From Synechococcus sp. (lineage in GTDB: Bacteria; Cyanobacteriota; Cyanobacteriia; Thermostichales; PCC-7336), in the NCBI GenBank assembly GCA_051439605.1, contig JBFRWN010000017.1, positions 64,001 to 128,000 of the forward strand: a stretch of DNA of 64,000 nt. The letters run 5' to 3'. How positions within the stretch are numbered: position 1 is the stretch's first letter; each line of letters opens with the position of its first letter. Of this stretch, positions 18,902 through 30,900 are shown piece by piece. The notes beneath the pieces were generated by a model. The model was given only the letters and a program-made list of their open reading frames with translations. It had not been told where the DNA came from and did no database searches. The translations under genes and the position numbers were made by a program.

Positions 18902-21900
18902 TTGCAATTGCCCACAAAAATAATGTCTATTTCTAAATTCTCTCTCACTTCCGACCAAAATCCTATTCTCCCCTGGTTAATTGAAGACGAACTACAGATA
19001 GGCGGATCGCTCAAGCAGGCTACTCTAGATGGTAATCTCTTCCCTCACAGCGGAAGTAGATTTTCAGTATGTAATACAGCTCTAATTTCCAAAGAAGAGG
19101 ATCTACATGAATTAGAAATCGTTCCTCTAGAGGCAGACGATTTGAAGAATCTATTTCGTTCAAAAGGATCGCATCCATTATTATCAGCCTGTAGTAGGGT
19201 ATCCCCCCTATCAGCAAAGCGATCTGCGAAACCAGATTCACCCACAAGACCGAAATCCAGTAGAAGTAAGCATAGAAAATTTTCAACAGTTCCATCTGAT
19301 ATTTTGAGTAATAGGCATATAGATTATGGAGATCTAGCACTAAGAGAGCAATCCGTTCCAAGCTTGGAAGGAAAGGAATCGGATGATATACAGCTGTTCT
19401 CAGTCATTTCAGAAAAGAAGATTTATTTCAACCATGGAGGAGACTTTGATGGAGATTCCAATGACCTTAGTGACGATACGTTTTTCTATGCTAACAAAGG
19501 ATTCATCATAAACAGTCGTCCGGACTTACCAGTTAAACGAGACGAATACAATAATCCAGTCTTGGACAATCTAGGGCTTCCTATTCTGAGAGATAGAACG
19601 CTGGCAGTCTCGGCAAACTACAGATACATAAAAGCACCCAAAAATCTCTATAGCAATCTAGATACTCCACAGGAGGTGGAAGCCCAAACGGTAAATGTTC
19701 CCAGTTGGCATCAATTGCGAGATTCCAGAATAAGTAACTTTCCAGCCGAGATTGCATCAGTCAAAAGTCTTTCCAGAATCAACTCGAGAACAGATTGGTC
19801 AAAAACAGTACCCAATGGACCTTCTACCTTTGAGATGACATATCTACGAGTGAGAAAGGGAGGGTTAAGGATACCCAATGGAACAGAACTCAGAAATACG
19901 GTAATCATTGTGGATTCCGGGACAATTAACGTTCACAGCAACACCATCTTTGAGAATGTGGTTTTGGTAGCCAACAAAGGCAATGTGAACCTGAAAGAAA
20001 TAGAGGCGAAAGACTTAGAAGTTTATGCCTCCGGCTCGCTCAATGTAAATTCGCGAGCAGTATTTGAGGGTAAAAATGTACTTGCATCGGGTAAGAATAC
20101 TTACTTCAACGGTCGAACGGAAACCGTTGATGCGGATGACTTCTTACAAGTAGTTGCTCAAGGGAATCTAACATTTAATGCCAGTGCGGATATTCGAGCA
20201 GAGTTGCTCACAGCTTCGACTTTCAAGTTCAACCAAAGCTCCACGCTGTACGGTTCGATTGGAGCAAAAAAGAATATTCATTTCAACGGCTATGTCAGGG
20301 TATTTGCGGGTTCGCATGGTGCTTCCGAGTCACCCCCCGAGCCAGATACGGCTGCTCCTCAATTAGAGGTGGGGTTGGCCAACGATACAGGAGCATCGGA
20401 TGGTTTGACCTCTGACCCAATCGTTTCTGGCGTGGTGATAGACGATCGCGAGTTGCAATCGCTAACAGCACAATTTATCGGAACCACTAACTCAACGGCA
20501 GGCGACATCTTGTCCCAAAGAATGGCGGATGGTTCGTTCCAACTGAATCGTACTTCTCTTGAAAGTCTTTTCGGTGGGGAACTCAAGGATACCTCCTACC
20601 AATTGGAGGTAGAGGCAATTGATGCCAGCGGAAATGCTAGCCGAGCAACGCTTGCCTTTACCTTGGATACATCACTCCAACAGCCCAGCTTCGATTTAGC
20701 TCGGGAGTCTGACTCTGAGCCATTTGGCGATCGCCAAACGAGCACCGAACTCGTCACATTGGTGGGTCAAACGGAAGCAGGGGCAACAGTCACCTTGCAG
20801 GAAACCGGGGCAAGTGTTGTTGCCGATGAAACCGGGCTCTTCGAATTTCCCAATGTGGCCTTGGTAGAAGGTATCAATGAGCTGACAACTATCTCTGTAG
20901 ATACTGCTGGGAATCAGTCCAGTTTCATTGGCCTGATCGAAAGATTGCCAGTTAAACCCCCTCTGGTATTGCAGGAAGAAGATGCGTTTACCGTCATCTC
21001 TGAAAAAATCATCTTGGTACCGGATACTTCATCTCTACTGACATTTTCTTTGGAGAATGTTGAGTTTGACAAAACTGACCTGGCTGGAATTAATGATGCC
21101 TTTGAGGTGGCATTGCTCGACAGCAGCGGTCAGTCATTAGTTCACACCATTGGAGAGGGCCACTCGGCGTTCTTCAACATGACAGAAGGGGAAGAAACGA
21201 TTCTTGCGACTGGGGTGACGATCGACGGCCAGACTGTGATGCTGGATTTGGCTGGAGTAGCAGCAGGTACTGAGGCTCGTCTTGTATTTCGCCTGATCAA
21301 CAATGACAGAGATACAGAGAGTTCCGCTGCAATTCAGGGCGTTGAGCTCATTGAAGCTCCAGGCGATCTAGCACCCACCAATGCACCAGCTACAACACTC
21401 TCAACAAACGCTACACCTGTTGACTTTTCAGCGTTAGAGGAGGTGTCGGCCACTGTTCGCACCGACTATCAACAGACGAGTTGGGATGTACCGAACAATC
21501 GGCTGATTGTTGAATTTACCGCCACGAATGTTGGTGGATTCAGTCTGGGCGGGCAACTGATTGCAGCAGTGAGCAATATCAGTGCACTGGATGTGGAACT
21601 GGTGAAGTTTGATGGCTTCACGCCGGAAGGATTACCCTACCTAAACATAACCCAGCTAATCGATGATGGCGTTTGGTCAACAGATGAAGCGACTGCAAAA
21701 AGCCAGCTCATTTTCTCCAATCCCAATCAAGTTCAGTTTGATTTCGACCTGAAGTTTTTCAGTCAGCTCAATTGGTCTCCAGAATTTGTCTCCGCTCCGG
21801 AATTAGAGGTGTTAGCTGGCATTCAGTACGTCTACGATGCCAGCGCCACCGATCTGGATGGTGATGAGCTGACCTATCGATTGTTATCGGGACCAGAGGG

Positions 21901-24900
21901 TTTAGAGATAGATGAAGTAACTGGAGAATTGAGTTGGTTGAGCGAGGCTGAGGATGAACGAACACATGCGATCGCACTAGAGGTGACAGATGGGCGAGGG
22001 GGACGCGACCTGCAACGCTATACCCTCTCGGTGAATAGTGGCACACCCAACCGACCACCCACGATTGTGTCGTTCCCAGCGGTTGAGACCTCAGTGGGAA
22101 CTAACTATCGATACGAAATACTGAGTCGAGATGCAGATGGGGACGAGCTAACCTATCGCCTTGCGGATGGGCCGGATGGTTTGGAGATCGACCCTTCTAC
22201 AGGAGTGCTGAGTTGGACGCCGCTGGCCGAGCAAGTGGGCACGCAGTCAGTACAGGTTCAGGTAGAAGACGGGCGGGGGGGAACTGCCCAACAAACATTT
22301 GAGATTGTGGTTGGGGATGAGATTGGCAATTCTGTTCCGTTTATCTACACCGAACCAATCTCGACGGTGAACGTAGCACAGCAGAGCTACACCTATCGGA
22401 TGGGGGCGGTGGATGCAGATGGGGACGAGCTGACCTATTGGTTGGTTCAGGGACCACAAGGGTTAGAACTCGATCCGGTAAGTGGTGAATTGCGTTGGGA
22501 TAATTTGACGGCTGCTGATGCAGGGTTGTACGAGATTGAAATTCAAGTGTTAGACGGCCGAGGAGGGATTGAGACTCAAGGCTTTACTCTTACTGTCTCC
22601 AATGAAACCCCAGCGAGTATTTTTGGTTCGGTGTTTCACGACCTGGATGGGAATGGGATCGAAGGGGGAGGGGATCCCAATAATTTGGCAAAGCTCGCAA
22701 CTGAGGACCTTGTCTATTATCCCTTTGGAACAACAAAACGAGTTAATAGAAGAACTGTTCCAATTCCTCCCGATGGATTAGCTCCGGGATACTTGTATGT
22801 CACACCAGAGTATTCAGATGCATATACTCTTTATGATTTGGGGCTTGTCCCAGAGATCGCTTCGGCTAACGGAATCGCAATTAGCGAGTTAAATACAGAT
22901 GGTGTTTTGATTGGGAATCATAACTTCTTCAATATTGATATTACCTCGTTTGGTTTAGTTCGTGGGGCCGGAGATCACATTATTGGGCTGAAAGAGAATC
23001 CCGATCCGTATATTCAAGTCGACTATAGAATTAACAGTTTTGGAGATTTTGCATACAATTCTGATGGAATTCTGTTTGTAAATGCTTGGCCAAGAAGCGG
23101 CAAGAAGAATACGATTCTTCAATTTCTTCCAGGGAGTACTAAGCCGGACAAAGAAATAAATCTGACTAGCTTAGGATTCCCATCGTTCGGTCCAGCAAGG
23201 TCCTTATATTTTGTACCAGAAGGTTTCCCTGGAGCAGGAAGATTCAAAGTCATTGATGAAAATGGCAACTCCCATACAGTTATTTTAGAGGCTGATGGAA
23301 ACGGTACTTATGATGCCGTCGAAGTAATACCAGATATAGTTTTCCCTGATGATGAGGGGGATGGATTTACACCTATCCCTCTTGGCTCTCCTCTATTCGA
23401 AATACCTAGTATACTCGCCACTGAAGGTGAAGTTCCTGGATCGGATGTTACTCATCCTGCGTCAGTTTATGAAATAGATACAAATGGCTCTCGGATATAT
23501 TCGACTGGAGAGCAAATCGTCCGATTTAAAATCTTGGATGACTATTCATTCTACAGCCCAAGTTGGGCAGAAACTAATGCAGGCAGAAAAACCACTGGCG
23601 CTACTGTAGACCCCTTGACGGGTGATATTCTTTTTGTTGTAAAATCAGAATTCGCTGACGATCCGTCAAAGACACAAGCTCGGTTATTCTCATTACAAGG
23701 GTTTCAAGCTCCTAATCCAACAGAGCCTGGCTTAGAAGGCTGGACTGTCTATCTCGATGAAAATAAGAATGGACAAAGAGATTTAGAAGAACTCCATACG
23801 ACAACAGATAAGTATGGAAACTATGCCTTTACGGTCGAAGCTGGAGACTATACCGTAGGTTTGGAGTTGCCTTTTGGATGGGTTGTTAACTCAGAAAATC
23901 TACAACAATATGAAGTGAGCTTGGAGTCTGGAGAAGAAATTTCCCGGATTGATTTTGCGGGTATCACACAAACAACTGAGAATTTTTCTCCCAACTTTAT
24001 CAGCACTCCCATAGCAGACGTAAGTACTGACGAACAATTACTCTATCAAGCTATTTCTGAAGATCGTAATGGTGACTCTCTCACCTACAGTGCTGTTGTT
24101 AATCCAAATGGTCTCGCTGTCTCTCCCAATGGATTAGTCTCTTGGCGGCCTACTGTCGATCAAGTGGGAACTCACGACGTTATTTTAAAAGTCGATGATG
24201 GTCGTGGAGGAATCGATCTACAGAGCTTTCAAATAGGAGTTGAACTCGGCAATCAAAGCCCTATTTTTGAGGCAGTTCCACAGGAGCCGATTATTGTTCC
24301 TGTTGGACAAAAATTTAGCTTTGATTTTGACGCCTTCGATCCGGATGGTGATGCAATTACCTATCGATTAAGTGGGACGTCTTATGGTGGCCCGTTGATC
24401 GATCCCAATACGGGAGAACTGACTTGGTACGCTCAATTTAATACATTTCTTCCGGGCGAAACATCACAATATCGCACTTTTAATATTGTGGCTGACGATG
24501 GGAATGGAGGTCAAGGTTTTACACAACTTTCATTACTAGCCGTTGAACCGACGCTAGAAAATCAAGTTCCAGAGATTACCTCAACTGCAAACGGTATTGC
24601 AGCGCTCGATCGCCCTTATTTCTATTCTGTTACTGCGAGAGATCTTGATGGAGATTCCCTCACCTATCACTTGCTGGATTCACCTGAGGGAATGGTTATC
24701 GATCCAAATGGGCTGATTGCTTGGCAACCTGATGCTGAATACTTCGGAGATCGCACCGTAACGGTTGAGGTCAGCGACGATCGCGGTGGGACAGCCCGGC
24801 AAACCTTCAACTTGAATGTCGTCAGCCAGCTCAACAACTCTGCCCCGGCAATTGTGAGCAACCCTGCCTTAGCTGCAACAATCGGACGGCAGTATGCATA

Positions 24901-27900
24901 CGACTTGGAAGCGATCGATCCCGATGGAGATCTGGTGGCTTTGGGTCTCGATTCAGGCCCAATCGGCATGAGATTCGATGCAGAAAACGGCAAATTGCTG
25001 TGGACACCGACAGCCGAGCAACTGGGTCCCCATCAAGTGTCTATCCGAGCGAGCGATCCCAATGGCGCGTCGACCTCGCAAACCTTTGAAATCAACGTAC
25101 GGGGTATCAACGTAGCCCCCATCATTTCCTCCACTCCAAGCACTCAGGCTTCTGTCGGTAATCCCTACCGGTATCAGGTGAAGGCGATTGATATAGAGGG
25201 AGACACTCTCTCCTACCGTCTCACCGATGCTCCAGAGGGAGCCCAAATTGACGAGCTTACCGGACTCGTTGAATGGATTCCCGACTCAGTTGGTGCATCC
25301 GCGATCGCAGTCGAAGTGAGCGATAGGTTTGGAGCCAGCACCGACCACAGTTTCTATGTATTCACAGCTGCAGAAGCGATCAATCGGGCCCCTGCGATTA
25401 CTTCTGCACCTACATTTGACGCGACTCCTGGAGAGACCTATAGCTATCAAGTTACTGCTAGCGATCCCGACCCCGAGGACAGCTTTACCTTCCAACTGTT
25501 GAATGGTTCGGCTGGTATGGAGATCGACTCCACCACCGGTCTACTGACTTGGGCTCCGACTGCTGACGATATCGGGAGAGTGTCCGTCACTGTAGGGGCT
25601 GTGGATGAATCGGGAGCGATCGGATCCCAACGCTTCAACCTGGAGGTGTCCACCAACACGCCGCCGGAAATCCTGTCGGAGCCAAAGACAGCAGCGGCGA
25701 TTGGCGAAGAGTATCAATACGATCTGCGCGCAAGGGATGTTGATGGAGATTCTCTCTCCTACGAACTGGTAAGTGCTCCTGAGGGCATGACTGTTGACAA
25801 TCTAGGCCGCATCCGCTGGACTCCAGATTCTGTTGATGCAGGCTCCGTGACAGTGGAGGTGGCCGTTATAGATTCACGCGATGCGCGAGTGAATCAGCAG
25901 TTCGAGCTGGAGGTGGCGATCGATGAAGTTGCGCCCCAAGTGGAAGTTCTAGCTTCAAATACTCGGGTGGGACTTGGCGAGAGCATCTCTTTGCTGGCGG
26001 ATGCCTTCGACAACGTCGGCGTGTCCTCGCTTTCGCTGACAATTAACGGAGTTGAAGTTCCCCTCGATTGGCAGAGTTTCTACCAATTTGAGCCAGATGA
26101 GGTAGGCGATTTTGTGGCGATCGCCACTGCCACAGATGCTGCTGGCAATACCTCAACAGCAAAAACCCTCTTTACAGTCTTTGACTCCAGCGACGTTGAA
26201 GCTCCTCAACTGGAGCTGCTGACCGAACAACTGGCTGAATTCATTACTGCCCCCACCGAACTCATCGGTACCGTTGCAGATGACAACCTGGACTACTACA
26301 GCCTCTCGGTTGCTCCTATTGGCACAGATGCTTTTACCGAGATCTTCCGCAGCTCTGAACTCGTCACAGACGGAATATTGGGCACGTTCGACCCGACGCT
26401 ACTTCAGAACAATGCCTATACTCTGCGGCTGGAGGCGATCGATCTAACTGGCAATACCAATACCGTCGAACAGACTGTCAACGTTTCTGGAGGATTGAAG
26501 CTTGGGAACTTCCAGGTATCGTTCACCGATCTCGCGATTCCGGTGTCTGGATTTTCGATCGCGGTCACTAGAACTTACGACTCTCTGAACTCCAATGCCA
26601 CTGATGACTTTGGCTACGGCTGGAGGATGGAGTTTAGGGATACCGATCTGCGTACTAGCCTCGGTCGAGATGAAAGTTACGAGCAATTTGGCATCCGAAC
26701 GCAAGCCTTTGATGCCAATACGAGGGTTTTTATCACCTTGCCAGGAGGCGAGAGACAAGCGTTTACATTTGCACCAGAGGTCGATTCGATTTCAGCTTAT
26801 TTCCCGTCATTGGGACAAAGCGATCCAACGCTATACCGACCAAGATTCAAGGCAGATGCAGGTGTGACTGTCACCCTTGAAGTTGAAGATGTTCGACTGG
26901 CACGTACAGCTGATGGATCGTTCGTTGGGCTTAATGGCAGCAGTTACAATCCGGAAGATGCCGCATCGGGCTTTGGCGGGTACTACAAACTTACGACCCG
27001 AGAAGGTTTGGTCTACCGCATCGATGCGGCGACTGGAGACTTGGAGTCAGTCGAGAATCGCTACGGCGATCGCCTGACATTCAGCGATGACAGTATCGTT
27101 AGCTCTGCAGGAAAAACCGTTACCTTCGAACGAGATGCCAAAGGACGCATTTCTGCGTTAGTGGATCCTGAAGGGAACCGCGTTCGCTACGAATACGATG
27201 CTGCGGGGGACCTGATTGCCGTCACCGATCGCGAAAATAACACCACCCAATTTGGATACAGCGACAACCGTTCCCACTTCTTAGACACCATTACCGATCC
27301 GTTGGGACGACAGGGCATTCGCTCAGATTACGACGAGAGCGGACGCCTCTCGAGGATCTTCGATGCCACTGGAGAAGCAATTTCCCTCACCTACGATCCT
27401 GAGAATTCCATCGAAGTACTGACGGATGTATATGGCGCATCCACGCTGAACGAGTACAACGATCGCGGCAACATCATTCGACGCATCGATGCTCTTGGCA
27501 ATCAGCAGTTTTACGAATACGACAACAACAACAATCGAGTTCGCGAAACTTTCGTGACAGATGAGACCGGACCGCAGGGAAGTACCACAACTGCTACCCA
27601 TCGTCCCGATCGCAAGCCCCTAACCGTAACCGATGTAACTGGTGCAACGCAGAAGTTCTTCTACGATGCCAACGGTAACGTAACGACTGTTCTCAGTCCT
27701 CTGGGCGAACAAATTCGCTATACCCACGATGAACTGGGCAATATTCTGTCTACAACCGATGCCGCAGGCCGAGTTCTACAAACGACCTACGATCGCTACG
27801 GACGACCGATTACCTTCACTGACTCTGACGGCAATACAAGCACTCTAGAATACGATTCCTTCGGTAACATTACCCGCACCACCGACTTTTTCAGCAACCC

Positions 27901-30900
27901 AACCACCTACACCTACGACATTCGCGGACAACGGCTGACAGAAACCCACACCGTAACGAACGCTAGCGGCGTAGCTGAAGAGCTGACGACCCGGTGGACT
28001 TACGACAGCGAGGGTCGCGTCACTGCCACGGAAGATCCCGCTGGGAATATCACCAGCTTTGAATATGACGCTGTCGGCAACATGACAGCAATTACCGATG
28101 CCAAATTGCAGCGGACGGAGTTGGTCTACAACGATCGCGATCGGCTGGTGGAGACAATTTACGCTGACGCAACGCCAGAAGATTTTACGGACAATCCTCG
28201 CAGCATCTCTCTCTACGACCGCGGCGGTCGCCTGCGTGGCGAGATCGATGCCAATGGTGAGGTGGTTCATTACGCATACGATGTCTTGGGCCGGGTAACC
28301 GAGGTAATTTATCCCGGGGAGACGGAGTCGCTGGAGCAATTGCTGGCAGCGATCGTCCCTGGGGAAACTCTGGAGTCTGTGGATTGGACGAAGGTCGTTT
28401 ATCCGGACGAAACACCCGAGTACCTGAAGGATAATCCTCGAACATCCAAGGAGTACTTTAGCGATGGCAAGGTCAAGGCCCAGACCGATCGCATGGGGAA
28501 TCGGACGCAATATACCTATAACGCGAGCGAGCGGTTGGTCGAGACTATCTTTGCGGACGACACTCCAGACGATCTGGCTGACAATTTGCGCAGCATTACC
28601 CTTTACGATCACCGCGGTCGGATACGCGCTCAAATCGATGCAGGTGGTCACATCGTTCACTACTCGTACGATGCGGCCGGTCGCATCATTGAGGAGATTT
28701 ATCCAAAAGAGTCCGACAGTCTGGAGCAGTTTCTGGCAGCGATCGCCCCTGGTGAAACCCTTGAATCGGTTGATTGGGCGGAGGTTGTCTATCCAGATGA
28801 AGCCCCCGAGTACTTGAAGGATAATCCCCGAGTCGCGATGGAATATTTCAGCAACGACCGGGTCAAGTCCCGGACCGATGCCCTGGGTAACAGGACGGAA
28901 TACCGCTACGACAAGTTAGGTCGACTTACGGAGACTATCCTGGCAGACGATACCCCCGACACCCTGGCAGACAATGCTCGAGTTCGGGTTGAATACAACG
29001 AGATCGCTCAGGTGGTTAAACAGATCGATCCGCTGGGCCAAGAGACTCAATTTACCTACAACAAAGCGGGAGATCTCGTTCGGACCACCTATAACGACGG
29101 GACCTCGGGAACCAATACATTCAACGAACTCGGTCAGCAAACCTCTACCACCGACCAAGAAGGTAAGACCACCCAATATGATTACGATCCCTTGGGCCGT
29201 CTTAAGGGGATTGTCGATGCTTTGGATGGCCGCACCGACTACACCTACGATCCGCTGGGATTGCTTGTCGGGAGCACCGATGCCAATCAGATTTCCACTC
29301 GCTACGAGTACGACAGCCTCGGACGACGCACTGGAATTGAGTTACCCGAAGGCGAGCGGGCCAGTTACGGTTACGACGCCAACGGCAACCTGACCTCGTA
29401 TACCGACTTTAACGGCGACACCACCACCTACGAGTACGATGCCCTCAATCGCTTAGTCACCGCCGACTACACCACCAATGCTGACGTCTACTACACCTAC
29501 ACCCCCACCGGCAAAATCGAGACCCTGACCGACGGTCGGGGGATCACTCGGTACGAGTACGATTACCGCGATCGCCTGATTTCCCGCACCGATCCCGACG
29601 GCCCCTACATACGTCCCGGCGGTCCCACCATCGAGTACACCTACGACAATGCCAGCAACCGCACATCCGTCATCACTCCCCACAGCACGACGACGTATAC
29701 GTTTGACGCCCAGAATCGTTTAGAAACCATCACCGATCCTGATGACGGTGTCACCACCTACCACTACGATCTCGCTGGACGCCTTATTCAAACCGAACTG
29801 CCCAACAGTACCGAAGAACGAAGGAGTTACGACAGTCTCAATCGCCTCACCAGCATCACCACCGTTCGATTTGATCCCACCACTGGCCAAGAGACGGTAA
29901 TTGCGGGCTATGAGTACACCCTCGACAAAGTTGGCCATCGTCTACAAATTACCGATCACGACGGACGTATCACCCGTTACGTTTACGATGATCTCTATCG
30001 CCTCGTTCAAGAGCGTATTACCGACCCGAACGACCCGATTCATGACGGACGCACCATCAGCTACACCTATGACAGAATGGGGAATCGACTCACCCGCCAA
30101 GATTCACTGGAGGGGGTGACCACTTACACCTACAACGACAACTATCAGCTACTAGCAGAAGTAAGCTCGGTTGATGGAGAAATAAACAACACCATCACTT
30201 ATAGCTATGACAGCAATGGCAATTTGCTCAGTCGGGCTGGCAGCGATGGCAGTAGCACTCTGTTTGAGTGGAATGATGCCAATCGTCTGTCTCGGGTTGT
30301 ATTACCCAATGGCGACGAGATTTTCTACGTCTATGACAGCGCAGGCATTCAGGTAAGCAGCAGTATCAATGGCGAGACGACCACGTATGTGGTGGATAAG
30401 AATCGGCCATATGCGCAGGTGCTTGAGTCCCTGAATAGCGATGGTCTCATAGAGTTCTCTGTCTACGGTTTGGATTTGATTGCCAAACTGCAGGGGGATG
30501 AGACCTCGGTTTTCCATACGGATGGGTTAGGTAGTACTCGTGTGGTAACAGATGGCGAGGGGAACGTTCAGCAGAGCTTCGATTACTTAGCGTTCGGTGA
30601 ATTGTTGGGGGCTAAGGCTGCAGAGCAGGTGGACAACTTGTTTGCAGGCGAGCAGTTTGAGCAGGAGTTAGGACTCTATTACTTGCGCCAGCGGTATTAT
30701 GACCCCAACACTGGAAGATTTATCAGTCGCGATGCGTTTGAAGGGTTTATCACCGATCCTCTATCTCAAAACCGCTACCTCTACGCTCACGCCAATCCAG
30801 TCACCTATACCGATCCCAGCGGCTACTTCAGCATTGGTAACGTCAGTGCTTCGAAGGCTATCAAGTCTACTCTGAGCGGCCTTGCCAGCCGAAAATTTTT

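Noticed and set aside
27845..28660. 271-aa minus-strand ORF inside the RHS gene
   Set aside because: Antisense shadow caused by biased codons of YD repeats; no independent motifs.
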